The position numbers were made by a program, and so were the translations under genes. From the NCBI RefSeq assembly GCF_030028105.1, contig NC_092370.1, positions 185,548,005 to 185,612,004 on the forward strand: DNA of 64,000 bases. Reading direction: 5' to 3'. Shown in pieces: positions 1-13,370 of the stretch (position 1 is the stretch's first letter; every line of letters starts with the position of its first letter). The notes beneath the pieces were generated by a model. The model made no database searches and had not been told where the DNA came from. It saw only the letters and a program-made list of their open reading frames with translations. This DNA comes from Mobula birostris (taxonomy: Eukaryota).

Positions 1-46
1 CTGTCAGTTGTTCCACCAACGTCTTTTGCTTCTCTTTGATATCAGC
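1..46 (-). CDS. HEATR5A: HEAT repeat-containing protein 5A, second coding exon (continues off the window edge)
   Basis: Minus strand ctttcttttcag|GCT GAT ATC AAA GAG AAG CAA AAG ACG TTG GTG GAA CAA CTG = ADIKEKQKTLVEQLT, matching human HEATR5A DVREKQKTLVEQL (from memory); phase 0 fits the upstream exon. Confidence 0.9.
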
Positions 47-1239
47 CTGAAAAGAAAGGGTTCTTGGGAAAAAACTGCTACATGAAAACCACCATTTATA
101 TTTTCCCTCAACAGGCCTCTTAAAATTTTAGCATGTTACTCCAAATTAATTTCTTTGAATGCAACATTGTTGCACAACCAAGCCAAACTGCAGTTCTGCA
201 TTTACAAAAGAATCGGCAAATAGCGATGACCATCTAACGACGGAGCCAGAATCCAATGAGAATCCAGAGTTTTCAGTGCCCCCAAAGTATCTAGAATATT
301 ATTTCCCAACTATATGATTAGAGACTCAAATATAATTCTGTTTCTTTTTGCAAATCACAACAGCTCCAATGTGCTCAAATTCTGACCTTAGACCATCTCA
401 ATTAACTGTTCGATTCTTAGAAAGATAATGCACTTCTTCAACTGCAACACCATCAGAAACACTGTGGTGCCTTGGTGCGTGGGAGTAAACGAAAATAGCA
501 ACTATTCATGAACAGCCAACTGAAGCCAAAAGCTTCAACTACAGGCATTTATCCAAAGAAAGCACATTGCCTTCCACAAAACAGACAAGTTCTGTAATAA
601 TCCAGAAGCCTGGAAGATCATCTTGAAGTATGTCACTACAGAATTTGAAATCAGTTAATAAACTCCTCAATAAAGTGAGGACCCCCTTATGTCAACCATA
701 AAGCTACTAGATCATCATCAATTCTCATTTGATTCACTGATCTTTGGTCTGACAGGAAACCTGCTGATCTTGCGGATGCTGGTTAGTCTGTCCTTCCAGA
801 CTCTCTGCAATGATATTTCCATTTAATTGTGCTCCACTGACTGAACAACCCATCAAGGATGAAGAATAAATACTAATATGCCCAATACTGCCAGCATCAC
901 ATGAAAGAGTGTAGAAAACTTCTAGAAGATCTATGCCAATCCTTTAAACACTTTCTGATTAAAAACACTCCTATGAGAGATTGAATTAAAATGTCATAAA
1001 AGTGGAAAGGTATTCAAAACATCATATGTGAACTGTTGTTTCTTATGTTGAGAAAAGGAAGCTCTGTGAAATCACTGATGGTACAGCACATAATTTCATT
1101 ACCTTTTCATTTCAGCTTCAATTTAAATCATATATTGAAATGGTAGGAAAACGTAATTGAATACAACATTTCTAAAGCCCTTCACATCTCCACTTCAGCA
1201 TTTTACTACCATTTTGAATACATTCTTTAGAATTCTCAT

Positions 1240-1560
1240 AGGAACTAGCACTGCATGGAATCAAACTTCCACCAATGTTGAAAGGCTCACTGGCTTGTCA
1301 ATCCCCGACGTGTCCATGCAATCATTCTTAAATAACGGACCAACATCAATCATCTCCTAGTACATTACCTGCAGCTAATGAAGAAACAGAAATCTCTGCC
1401 AGGGCCCCAGTAATCTCCTTTTCTTCCCACAATGTATTAGAATACCTCTGGTAAGACCCAGGGATCAATTTACTTTGATTTACTTCAAGACAACATTTGT
1501 CAAGTTGATATGCTTCAAGATATCACAGTTCTCTTTCCTGAACTCACCACCTTACATGTT
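1240..1560 (-). mobile_element. Degraded CR1 LINE ORF2 fragment
   Basis: Antisense similarity to the CR1 segment found at 53830-54040. Confidence 0.55.
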
Positions 1561-1801
1561 CTTTTTCTTAATGATTACCACACTGATCTTTAAAGATAAA
1601 GTGCGATCCTAAGTTAGAATTCACCAGGAAGAAGGGTAGCGAAGCTGTAATGTTATGGGAGGGATGTGATGATATTCCAGAGCATACGTACATTACTGTG
1701 CCCAAGACTTACACAATAATATATGTTGGTTGAAATAGGAAGGTAGTTGGGAAACAGAGCTAAGAGTACTTTGTGTTAGCTCAGTAGTATTAAGTATTAT
1801 T

Positions 1802-1873
1802 TGGTACTGTGCAAATGTCTTAGGCAGCCTAGACATATACAGTATATGTGCCTAAGGCTTTTGTATAGTACTG
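1802..1873. mobile_element. Tc1-type miniature inverted-repeat element
   Basis: gtactgtgcaaatgtcttaggca ... tgcctaaggcttttgtatagtactg inverted repeats, followed by TA on the right. Confidence 0.6.
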
Positions 1874-1879
1874 TAAATC

Positions 1880-2885
1880 AGGAATGTGCTAGTGGCATTG
1901 GAGCACATTGCAGTGAATAACTTCCCAGGTCCAGACAGGAAACATCCTAGAATGCCAAGGGAAGTGAGGAAGGAGATTGATGTGGCTCTGACGGAGATTA
2001 TTATACCTTCACTAATGAGGTCCCAGAAGCTGAGAGGTTGTGTCTTTGTTCAAAAAGGGCAGTCACGATACGTGAGCCTTAAGTCAGTTACTGTTGATGA
2101 AAATTCTCATGGATGGGATTTATGTTCACTTGCAAAGACAAAGACTGATTAGAGGTCTGCATGATTTTGTGCAGATCATCTCTCACAAATCTAACTGGAT
2201 ATTTTGAAAAGATAAACAAGAAAATTAATGACTGCAGGCCCACAGCCTTTGTCTATATGGATGTTGACAAGGCACAAGGGATCTGAGGTGTGTTAAAGAA
2301 CTGGATCCAAAATTGGCTGGGTGAAAGGAGGCAAATGGCTGTGGTGGATGGGTGCTTCTCAAAGTGGTAATCTGTAACAAGTGGTGTACTACAGGGATCA
2401 ATGCTGGAAACTTTGTTCTTTGTAATGTAGGAGTAAGTTTGCACACAACACAGTAATTGATAAGGATTGTAGGTAACAGCAAAAAAGTACGATTGTTTAG
2501 GAAGTTAAATTCTGGAAGGATATACAATAACAGAAGGATATACAAATAGACCTTCGGGCACTCATTGGGTCCAAGTCCACAGCTCTCTGAAAGTGAAGCA
2601 TAGGTGGATGGGGTAGTGAAAAAAGCATTTGGTATGTTGGGCTTTATAGGCAAATGCAATGAATACCCAAGTTGAGACAATATGTTGCAGTTGCACAAAG
2701 GAATCTGAGAAGTGATCTTGGAAAGGTTTATAGGGCATATATAGGGTAGATAGTCACAGTCTTTTCCCAAATAGAAGATATTGGTTTAAGGTGAGAGAGG
2801 AAATACTTAAAGGAAATCTGAGTGATAAGATTTTCGTACAGAGCTGACTGATGTATAGAACAAACTGCCAGATGAGGTGGTACAA
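1880..2885 (+). mobile_element. Degraded, internally deleted CR1 LINE (RT region)
   Basis: Remnants of the PG.D..HPR, FDK, SGVxQGS and 3' CR1 motifs, with many stops. Confidence 0.7.
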
Positions 2886-2894
2886 TCAAGGTGT

Positions 2895-3510
2895 TGAAAC
2901 AGCACCTTTGCGCCACAAAAGGCAGGGTTTCCCAGGGGCCACCTGTTTTAATGCCATGTCCCATTCCTATTCTAGCATGTCAGTCCATGGCCTCCTCTAC
3001 TATCATGATGAGCTGTACTCAAGTTGGAGGAGCAGCAACATCTCAAGTTCCATCTGGTAGCTTCCAACCTGATGGCATAAACATCAATCACTCTAACTTC
3101 TGGTAATTCCACTCCGCCCCTCCTCCTTTCTTTTATTCCCCATTCTGGCTCCCTTCTTACCTATTTTCTTCTCCTCACTTGCCTATCGCCTCCCTCTGGT
3201 GTCCTACCTCCTTCCCTTTCTCCCACGATCCAATCTCCTCTCTGAACAGATTCTTTCTTTTTCAGCCCATTACCTTTTCCACCTATCACCTCATCTAGCT
3301 TTCCTTATCACTTTCCAGCTTGCACACCTCCCCCCCCACCCCCCCCAAGACCATCTTCTTATTTTGGCTTCCTTCCAGTCCTGATGAAGGCGTTGGTCCA
3401 AAACATTGACAGTTCATTCCTCTCCATAAATGCTGCCTAACCTGCTGAGTTCCTCCAGCATGTTGTGCTTGTTCATCTGGATTTCCAGCAACTGCAGAAT
3501 CTCTTGTATT
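2895..3510 (+). mobile_element. Old Penelope-like element 3' fragment (GIY-YIG tail plus pLTR with hammerhead remnant at 3376-3411)
   Basis: Similar to 25190-25791: HSYSSMSVHGLLY, pyrimidine tract, agtcCTGATGAagg...aaaacattgac. Confidence 0.8.
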
Positions 3511-3912
3511 GTTGAAAAAAGCATTTTGACAGATACGGGGACAGGAGAGATTTGATAGGCACATTGCTGGGCTTAAACTATTTTAACACAGACCTTTCTA
3601 GACTCACTCACTGTTTAATAACCCCATTTTCCTCAAGACACCTTACTTGCACCCATCCAGAATTCCTAGTGCAATAATCAACATTCTACTCTTAACTAAC
3701 TTCTATAAAAACTGATTACAGCAAAATCTTAACACCCTTCAGATTAGAGGTTGCAAATTAGTTCCTATGTCTTGGAATATTCTCAATGATCTCAAAGTTT
3801 TTAGATAACCAAAATTTTCTCTTTCCATAAAACACTTTTACCAAGATATTCAGAAAATGGCATTACACAAACAAGGACGTGTTTACAACTTTAAGAATAT
3901 TTCATGGTTTAC

Positions 3913-4038
3913 CTTATTGGCAGCCACCAGAAGGTTCTGTAAAAATTGAAGCCATTCAAAAATGAACTCTGGTTTCTTTGATTCACTGAGTTTACTATAG
4001 AACTCCTCATTTAATAGCAAGCCATGTGCTTGCTCCAT
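3913..4038 (-). CDS. HEATR5A: HEATR5A first coding exon (CDS part; exon about 3913-4124)
   Basis: ATG at 4038 gives [42 protein letters not shown] then AAG|gtaaac donor; matches human [37 protein letters not shown]. Acceptor ttgtgtttgtgttgcag before 4124. The A paralog is assigned by synteny with DTD2/NUBPL. Confidence 0.92.
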
Positions 4039-4529
4039 ACTTCTGCCCAACTATTCTTCAAGTGCTCACTGGAACTTTATAAAATGCAGAAGGAGAATCG
4101 AAAACATCAGCATTCTTTCAATTGCTGCAACACAAACACAAGAAAACAATTCATTAATCGTCTGGGACTACCATATTTTCTGGTTCAACAGTAAATCAAT
4201 AAGAAGACACTTCGACAGATAAAGTTAGTTAATTAATCTTGAAATGGAAAGTAACAAAAGCATGCAACAACAAAGTTATATTGAATAAGGACTAAATCTC
4301 TGAGATTGAACAAAGCTTGAATGAGTTTGTTGTATAGGAGAATCAAATTCAGATTTTAGCAATTTCCCCAATGTTCAAATGGGAGGAACATTTTTGTACT
4401 AGTTTTTCATATAACACCATTTCTCAAGGCCAAAATTGAATTACAGTGCTATTTTAAAAACAAATAGTAAAAGCTAGTCATTAACATAGAAACAAGCTCA
4501 CATGTCAGATATCAACTATCCCTCAGAAC

Positions 4530-5040
4530 TAGCATCATTTTCCAGCACTCAGCTGTAGCCTTCTACGCCACTTTTAAAGCATTCATAAATACTTCTTAAA
4601 TGTTGTTACAGTACTTGTTTCCACCTCAGACACTGTGTTCCAGATTTCAACTGGTAGAAAAATATCCTTCCCCAAATCCTACTCCCTAAATCTACTACTG
4701 TGCCTCCTTGTTAGGGCACATCTACTCAAAGGCAAAAGTTTATCACAATGCACACTATCTTTACCCCTGCAATATTGTATAGTTCTAAAGTTCCTCACTC
4801 AGCCTTCTCCACTCTGATGGCAACAAAACAAACCCAGCTATGCAGTCTCATTTTATAGCTGAAATCTCCCATCCTGGGCAGTATCCCAGGTGAATCTCCT
4901 GTGTTCTCTTTCTTAAGCAATTACATCCTTCCTTTTGTGTAGTGACCAGTATTCCAGCTGTAGTCTAAATCATGTTTTGCATGGTTTAATCATCATTTCC
5001 TTGTCAAAGGCATCCCATGTGTCACCTTAACCACCTGTGT
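4530..5040 (-). mobile_element. Degraded CR1 LINE 3' fragment
   Basis: Antisense CR1 3' motifs similar to 5550-6130. Confidence 0.55.
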
Positions 5041-5549
5041 ACTACTGCAATGAAATACATTGTGTTATTTGAAGTTGTAATTTTATTTAAGACCACAAAG
5101 TATAATTGTTAACAAAATAATTTCATCTCAGAGATTCACGGTTAATTGAGGAACATTTGCAAGCCTGAGATCAATTGTTCAGTGGATTACAAGACTAAAT
5201 CCTGCATTAAACTATTAATTTTTCTCTCTGCTTTCCCTCTGGACTATTATTGTTAATGCTGTTTAAGATACCATTATACAAACATTTATGAAATATATTA
5301 ATCCATTTTTTTTCTTGGAGGGGATGTTTCTCTATCAACTCCAAACGAGCCTTTTAAAGACTGAGGTCAAAGTAGACGTTAATAATTAGGCTGCAAAAAA
5401 TTTCCTTAGCAACACAGGAAATCAAAGTGCCATTGAAAACTGGACGTTATTCATTCATTTAACCTTATTTCAGGAATGCAGTTCAAAAATCAACAACCCA
5501 CCAAACTAAGTTTCTTTGTTCAAGAGGCCCATGTTAAGCTGTTCCTGGA

Positions 5550-6130
5550 ACACAAGAAGAGTACAGCACAGGAACAGGCCATTCAGCCCACAACATTGTG
5601 CCAATCTAGCTAATGAGCAAATTAAAAATGCTCCAACACTAATCCTTCCCATCTACACTATGTCCATATCCCTCCATCTTCCTTACATTCACGTGCCTAT
5701 CCAAGCGTCTCTTAAAAGCCTCTGATGTGCTTGCCTCTACCACCATACCAGGCAGCGCATTCCAGGCATCCACGACCCTGAGTAAAAAAACTTGCCCCTC
5801 ACATCCCCTTTGAACCTACTGCCTCTCATCTTCAATGCACGCCCTCTGGTATTAGATATTTCAGCCCTGGGAAACAGATATTCTCTGTCTATTCTATCTA
5901 TGCCTCTCATAATCTTGTAAACCTCTATCAGGTTCTGGCGCTCCAGAGAACACAATCCAAGTTTATCCAGTTAATAGAACATGCCCTCTAAACCAGGGAG
6001 CATCTGGTGAACCTCTTCTGCACACTCTCCAAAGCCTCAACATCCTTCCTATAGCAGGGCAACCAGAACTGTACACAATACTCCAGATGTGGCCTAACCA
6101 GTTTTATAAAATTGTAACATAACCTCCTGA
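5550..6130 (-). mobile_element. CR1 LINE 3' end
   Basis: ORF 5737-5955 (LIEVYKIMRGIDRIDREYLFPRAE...RGKFF) is the CR1 ORF2 C-terminus; 3'UTR tail present. Confidence 0.9.
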
Positions 6131-6309
6131 CCTTCCGATCAAAACTAAAACTAGAACACACCACAAATTTGTTTGGAAGCTATTCAAATTGTGCCAAGAA
6201 ATTTAGTTGTGGCAACAAAAATCTAACAGTGGATTCCAGCTAATTGGGACACATTGGGATCAGTATACTTTGGCCCAATTAGCCAAAGTTTCAGGGACAT
6301 GAAAAAGGA

Positions 6310-6410
6310 CCTAGTAATTTCTCGGCGTATATGACATACCTAGGCATCATCCCTGAAGAAGATGACAGAGTTTGTCATTATAACGTTGATTATAATTGAT
6401 ACCTGTACAT
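6310..6410 (+). mobile_element. Penelope pLTR fragment, second family, with hammerhead-like core
   Basis: ccCTGAAGAagatgacagagtttgtcattataacgttgattataattgatacctgtac; same sequence family as the arms at 28074-28226. Confidence 0.6.
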
Positions 6411-6429
6411 AAATACATAAAAAATTATG

Positions 6430-7072
6430 TATTTACTTACGTGCCCTCATATGGGTTTTGCTTGGCAGAAGACAAGCCATGTTGTGGTCGACTGCAGAAT
6501 CTTTGGTGGCTCTCAATGGACTCGGGCCTCAAGCTGTGGGGTCACTTGCTTTTCAGGCTCCAGGGGAGAGGTGTCCAAGCTATCGCGCTCTACCTGGGGC
6601 AGCGCAGCGCAGTTGTGGTCGACTGAAGATTTTAACTACTGAGGGGTCTGGACTACATACATGTATATTTTGTGAGGTTGCACTTTTAATTAATATTCTA
6701 TATGTGCCTGTATATGCAAAGACTGGGTCTCTAAGCTACAGTATCACCTAGCAGGTGTCGGGGCCAGTTGAGTGATGATATCGGAGGGCTGGGGGGCCTA
6801 GATTATATACACACATTCTCTGCTTCATTGGACTTTATTGATATTCTATACGGGTTTGTACGTGTGAGGACTGGGCATCAAGCCATTGGGTTGTGGGGTG
6901 AGGTGAGGGTTGGATTGGGGGGGCGGGGCTATATCCAGACTCTTATTCTGTGAATGTGTTCTGTGTGTGACTGTTTAAGCACCTTGACCCCATTGTAACG
7001 CTGCCTCATTTGGCTGCATTCATGAGTACTCATGCCTGGTTGGATGACAATTAAACTTCAATTGAATTGGAT
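6430..7072 (+). mobile_element. Non-autonomous retroelement with Rex1/L2-type tail, nested in the Tigger
   Basis: Ends gacaattaaacttcaattgaattg; internal duplicated blocks (gttgtggtcgactg twice). Confidence 0.45.
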
Positions 7073-7938
7073 TAAATTAAAACAGGACAAATTAGAACAC
7101 TACCAATAGCACCACAGTACTATAAAACTGTATTAGTTTTTAATAGTTATCGACAGAAGATTTCATCCACTGAACACAATGAACAAAATCAGCACAGACA
7201 CCTCGTGCAGGTAATGGACTGCCTTCATACAATGCCAACGATGATTGCATCCTCCAAATATTCATTTTTGTTGCAACATTAAAGATCATTGTTGATACCT
7301 TCAAATTTCTTGTAGTTCTTACCTCGTTGAAGTAGTGAAATCATTTCATTTTCAGTCCTGGCCATTTCTGGTATCTTCAAGCTTGAATGCTTGAAACCAC
7401 AGTGAGTGAAACAGTTCTGAATTGTCTTGCTGCTTATTTCTCGCCAACTATTAGCGTCAAAAATCATTGCTTTTTGAACACACACATAACTGACACTATT
7501 TAAAAACTGTTCTCTTTAAGCTCACTATAGCATCTAATGACCACACAAGTGCGTATAACTGATGCTAATTGGAACCTGTTTGACAACAGTCTTGTGCCCC
7601 AAATAAGCAGCATAGTGTCCCAAATAAATTAAGGGAATCTTAGTTATTTTCTCTATTATTAGCAGCTGCACTGATTAACCAATGGCCAAATTAACCGGAA
7701 TCCACTACATTTCAGTTATAATTAATTTTAAGGATAACAATGTTCTATAAAGCATTGCAATTTCATTAACATTAAATTGTTCTAAATATAAATATAACCC
7801 AAGATATTTATATTTATATAAAATTAAAAGAATTTTTGCCAACAGCAACTCAGGATTTACCCACAAATTCATTCACCTGCTTAAAATGACAAATTACCTG
7901 AAAACTGTTAAGATCCTATTGTTGAAACCAGGTAGCTT

Positions 7939-8292
7939 TAGAAACATAGAAAAACTACAGCAAAATACAGGTCCTTCAGCCCACAATGCTATGCCAAACA
8001 TGTACTTACTTTAGAAATTACCTAGGTCTACCCAGAGGCCTCTATTTTTCTAAGCTCCATGAGCCTATCCAGGAGTCTCTTTAAAGACCCTATCATATCC
8101 ACCTCCACCACCGTCACTGGCAGCCCATTCCATGCACTCACCACTCTCTGCATAAAAAACTTACCCCTGACATCTCCTCTGTACCTATTTCCAAGCACCT
8201 TAAAACCGTGCCCTCTCGTGTTAGCCATTTCAGCCCTGGGAAAAAGCCTCTGACTATCCACTCGATCAATGCCTCTCATCATTTTATACACC
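7939..8292 (-). mobile_element. Relatively young CR1 LINE 3' end
   Basis: ORF 8028-8291 (YKMMRGIDRVDSQRLFPRAE...); tagaaaca-type tail; close relative of 55030-55395. Confidence 0.92.
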
Positions 8293-8527
8293 TTTTTTAC
8301 AAAAATATTGAATCCTCCAATAAATAACCCAAATATTGCTTATAATAGCGAACTACAAAAAGCACAGAGTAAGCATTTCATTGTTTTGATGTAGTCCTAG
8401 AATAAATATTTTCAGTATTGACTGACATGTCTGTTAACTGCATAGAGAAATTTAACTGGTGCTGTCAGAGGATTTACTCCCATGAAACAATGTGTTCATA
8501 CACAGTAATTTACAATTTACTGCACAA

Positions 8528-8845
8528 TGGCATGGTGGCAATTAGCACTGTTGTTTTACAGGACCAGTGACCACTAATTAAAGTTTGATTCCCACCACTG
8601 CCTGTAAAGAGTTTGTACACCCACTCCTTGACCATGTGGGCTTCCTCTCCCATTCCAACAGCATACGGTTAGGCTTCATGAGTTGTGAGCATGCTACGTC
8701 AATGCCAGAAGCACGGTGACACTTGTGGGCTGCTCCAACTCAATCCTCAGACTGTGTTGGTTGCTGTGGCAAAACAATGCATTTCACTGCATGCTTCAAT
8801 ATATCAATGCACATGTGGCTAATAAAGTTAATTTCCAATCTCTCT
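8528..8845 (+). mobile_element. tRNA-derived V-SINE
   Basis: A-box-like tggtggc..ttagc, B-box-like gtttgattccc, V-domain-like gagtttgtac...tgtgggcttcctc, and a tail ending aataaag. Confidence 0.7.
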
Positions 8846-9189
8846 TCAAAGTGACCACAGAAACTGATGTCATGCTTTCAACCCTAACCACCTCTCCTTT
8901 AAAAACTCACACATGTATCATTACTTGCTATAAACAGTCTGCATATTAAAACAAAATCCATGCTATTCAAATTGTAATCCCTGACTCAAGTCACTATACC
9001 ATAAGTATTTTCCCTCAATGAAGAATGTGATGACTATATAAAGACAAAAGGAATCAAGAAAATTTTATGTTTGCTGAAGGATTGTACTTCAGTTAAGTTC
9101 ATTTGTTTATTTGCAGTAGTCAGAGGAGCAGAAGGGAGAAGCCAGCAGCTTTTTTCAAAAGTTATTTTTCAGTTTGTTCAGCTCTTCTT

Positions 9190-12100
9190 TTTGTAGGTAC
9201 AAAATGGAAGCAGACTCTCGTGGAATGGCCATGGTTGAGAGCAAGAGCTGAAGGCTTTAGTTTAGGAAGCTTTGTTCAGTGGGAGGAGGCTGAGCAGGTA
9301 GGTGCAGGTAAAGTTTTCCTTAGAATTATTGTTCCTATTATAACAGCTGGGATGTCAGTTTGGGCAGCGATACACTTCCTTGCAGGATGTGGGAGATTAG
9401 GGAGACTGCTGGCATTCCTGATGACTTCATCTGTAGGAATTGCACCCAGGTGCAGCTCCTGACTGACTGTAGGAAGAAAATAGAGCTTAATGTACTTAAG
9501 ATCATCTAGGATGCTGACAGCGAGCGTTACAGAGTTTTACTGAGGTGATCACAGGCTACGTAGTTGGGTGGCCACCAGGAGAGGCAAACAGTGCAGGATC
9601 CCTCTGCGACCATTCCTCAGAGCAACAGGTACACCCCTATGGATACTGCTGGGGGTTTGAGGGAGGAGGAAATGAACTATGAAGGCACAGCAATATCAGC
9701 AAGGTCAGTGGCACTGTGGCCAGTTCTGAGGCTCAGCAGAGAAGGGCAAGACAAACAGAGAAATAGTGACAGGAGACTCAGTAGTTAGGAACTCATAAAG
9801 GAGATTCTGTGGCTGTGAAAGAAATGCCAGGATGATTTGTTGCCTCCCAGGTGCCAGATTCAAGGAATCCTCAGAGTGGCTGCAGAACATTTTGAAGGTG
9901 GATGGCCAGCAGCCGGAGGCCATGGCGCACACTGGCATCAATGATATAGGTATAGGGACTTATGAAAACAGGCTGAAACGCAGGACCTCAAAGGCTGTAA
10001 TCTTTGGATTATTCCCAATGGCATGTCAGGAATAGACAGATAGAACAAATGGACGTGTGGCTGAGGAACTGACACAGGCTTTCACATGCTTTTATCACCG
10101 GAACCTCTTCTGGGGCAGCAGCAACCTTTACAAGAGGAATCAATTGCACTTGAATCAGAACTAGGTGAACCAATATCCTGGCTAGGAGATTCGCTGGTGC
10201 TACTCATGGACTTTAAAATAGTTAGGAGGGAGATGGGAACCAGAGCAACAGCTCAGAAAGTTCAGTGAATGAGAAGGTAGATGTCCTGACCAGCAAAAAC
10301 ATGTAAGATCAAGGCAAGAGACACAATGGGAAGGATGGATTTAAGTGTGTGTATCAAGGGTAAGTGCATGGATCAGCATATGGAACTATGATGCTGTGGT
10401 TTTAACAGAAGCTTTGTTGAAATTGAAATGTGAATGGGTGCTGAATGCTCTCGGGTTTTGATGATTTAGAAAAAACAGTAAAGGAGCATGGGGGGAATTG
10501 CACTATTACTCAGTCAGTATCACAGCTGCGCTCAGAGGGAACATCAAAGAGTGCTCACCCCACTGAGTCCATATGGGTAGAACTCAAAAATAAGAAAGGT
10601 GCAGTCGCACCAATTGGATTACACTAAAACCCAACAGCCATCGAGATTTTGAGAAACAGATATGCAGGCAGTTTAGGGAAAGGTCTAAAAAATAAGGCTG
10701 TTGTAGTGGGTGATTTTAACTTCTCTCATACAGATTGGATCTCCTGAGATGGAACAGAATTTGTTAGATGCATCCAGGAGGGTTTTTTTTCCAAAAAACC
10801 CAATATGTAGATGGTCCAGCTAGAGGAGTAGCCACACAGACCCTGGTGTTGGGTAATGATCCTGTCCAGGTGACTGGCCTTTCAGAGAGAGAACAGTTGA
10901 GAACAGTGATCACAACTCCTTATGTTTTAAAATAGTTACAGATGAGGATAAGAAAGGACCTTACAGAATAGTTCTAAATTGGAATAGGCTAAATTATATA
11001 TTAGGCAGGAAATAAGGAGTTAATTAGGAACAGGTGTTTTTGGACAACACATTTGACATGTGGAGACTGATTGAGGACCAGCTGCACAGAGTACAGGACA
11101 GATATATTACAGTAGAAAAGGACAAGGATGGCAAGGGTAGGAAATCTTGGATGTGCAGAGCGATGGTGAATTTCGTCAAGAAGAAAACTGAAGCATATGT
11201 AATGTTTAGGAAGGTAAAATCTAACAGAGCTCTCGAGGATTATAAAGAACCCAGAAAAGAATCCAAGGAGGGGTATTAGGAAACCCAGGAGGGGTCCATG
11301 AAAAGTTTGTTGCAAGTAGGATTAAAGAGAATCCCAAGGCATTCTCCATATACATCAGAGGCAAGAGAACAACTAGGGAGCAGGTAGGAACACTTAAGGA
11401 TAAAAGAGGGAGCGTTAGAAGGCAGAGGATGTCGGTGAGATCCTAAGTGAGTACTTTGCATCAGTATTTACAAAAGGGAAGGGCATGGAGGATAGAGACA
11501 TCACTGTGGAGTGCGCGAATATACAAGGACATTCCAAAATTAAGAAGGATGAAGTCTCTTAAAGAATGTTAAGGTAAGTCAGTCTCCATTTGAGAGAGGC
11601 AAGACATCCTTGTGGCCTCTCTAGCCACAGGTGAAGTCCCAGAGAAGCTAATGTTATTCCACATTCAAGAGAAGTGTAATCTTGTGAAATTATAGACCGG
11701 AAGGTATCACATCAGTGGCAGGTAAATTACTGGAGAATTCTCAAGGATAGTATTTACGAGTGGCTGGAAATTCACAGCTGTGGATGGTGTCTACGTGGAT
11801 TTTGCTAAGGCGTTTGACAAGGTCCCTCGGGAGGCTCATTCAGAAGATTAAGATGCATGGGATCCACGTAGAATTGGCCATTTGTATTGGAAGGATATAG
11901 ACAAAACTGACAGCAGTGGTTGATGAATGAAAATGTAGATGGGTGGGTTACAAAGTTTGCAGATGTTATGAACACTGATGTGTTGTGGATAGTGCAAACA
12001 ACTGACAAAGGATACAGCAGGACATAGATCAGTTGCAGATGTGGGCAAAGATGTCAATAGAGTACAACACGGCTAAATGTGATGTGTTGCACATTGGAAG

Positions 12101-12790
12101 GTCAAATGCATACAGACAGTACATTGTTAATGGCAAGACCCTCAATAGTGACATGCAGGGTGATCTCAGGGTCCGATTCCATAGCTCTTTGATAGTGAAA
12201 GGGAGCTAAAGGAAGGCATATGGCATGCTTGCCTTTATTACTTGAGGAATTGAGTTAGATTGGGAAGTTACGTACCAGCATTACAAAACTCTAGTTAGGC
12301 CACGTCTGGAGTACTGCATTCATCTCTGGTCACCCCATTACTGGAAGGACATGGAGGCTTTGGTGAGGGTGCAGAAGAGGTATATCAGAATGCTGCCTGG
12401 TTAAGAGGGCACATGGTACAAGGAGAGGTTGCACAAACTTGGGCTGTCCTCTCCGGAGTGGCAGAGGCTGACAGCTCTCTAAGAATATGAGAAGCATAGA
12501 AATTGTATGTAGCCAGTATCTTTTTCCCCAAGGGTTGAGCTATTTCATAGAACAGGGCAAGGCATTTTTTTCAGTGAGTAGTAGATGCCTAGAATGCACT
12601 GTCATGGTGGTAATGGAGGCAAATACATTAGGTACGTTCAAGAACTCTTAGATACACATGAATATTCAGGATATGGAAGGTACGGACATTGTGCAGGCAG
12701 AAGGGATTAGTTTAGTTGGCCATGTGATTACTAATATAATTAGAATGGCATAACAATGTAGAATGTACTGCTCTGCATGCTATGATTAAA
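9190..12790 (+). mobile_element. Near full-length degraded CR1 LINE (ORF1 esterase, ORF2 APE-RT, 3'UTR)
   Basis: ORF1 remnants (CCLPGAR, HTGINDIG), endonuclease (ESIWVELKNKKG, GDFN), RT (FAKAFDKVP); many stops. Confidence 0.88.
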
Positions 12791-12959
12791 CATATTCAAA
12801 AAAATTCCAATATTAAAATCAGTATAAAGTGAGCTCTCTGTATTCACTCCACAATATCATTTCCAGAGGTACATGCTCAGTGATGCAGCTGAAGAGAAAA
12901 AAAGGTTAAGAGATGAAAGAACAACCACTGTGAATAGAAACTGTCATAACATATTGGAC

Positions 12960-13370
12960 CATTCACTTGATTCTGATTCATTTATTTATCACATGTACAT
13001 TGAAATCTACAGTAAAATACATTAACAACCAACAATATCTGCAGACTTTGCAGCACCAACAAAGCATGCCCACAATGTTCAGCAGAACAACAGAAGCAAC
13101 AGCAGCAACAGCAAAACTAACCCCTTTCCTCACTCCCATCCATTCACACGGACAGTCCCCCATCCCAGGACAGGCCCCTCTGAGCCTCCTACAGAATCAC
13201 AGACTAAAGGCCTCCAACTTCCTCAGTGGATTCGTAAACTCACAAACCTAGGGCTTCAGACATTGGGCCTCAAACTCCAGATTTTGGATCGACCTTTGGG
13301 CTTTGATCTTCTGTACCAACCCCAGGACTTGCCAATGACGGGATCCCAAACTCCAGGCCTTAAAATCCAC
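12960..13370 (-). mobile_element. SINE-like non-autonomous element (tail shared with 8528-8845 and 33880-34250)
   Basis: Begins gattcatttatttatcacatgtacattgaaa, the reverse of the SINE tail seen elsewhere in the window. Confidence 0.55.

Larger units (their letters stand above)
6227..7707 (-). mobile_element. Non-autonomous pogo/Tigger DNA transposon with nested insertions
   Basis: TIRs cagtggattccagctaattgg (6227) and ccaaattaaccggaatccacta (to 7707); ORF 7279-7485 (WREISSKTIQNCFTHCGF) is the C-terminus of a Tigger DDE transposase. Confidence 0.8.
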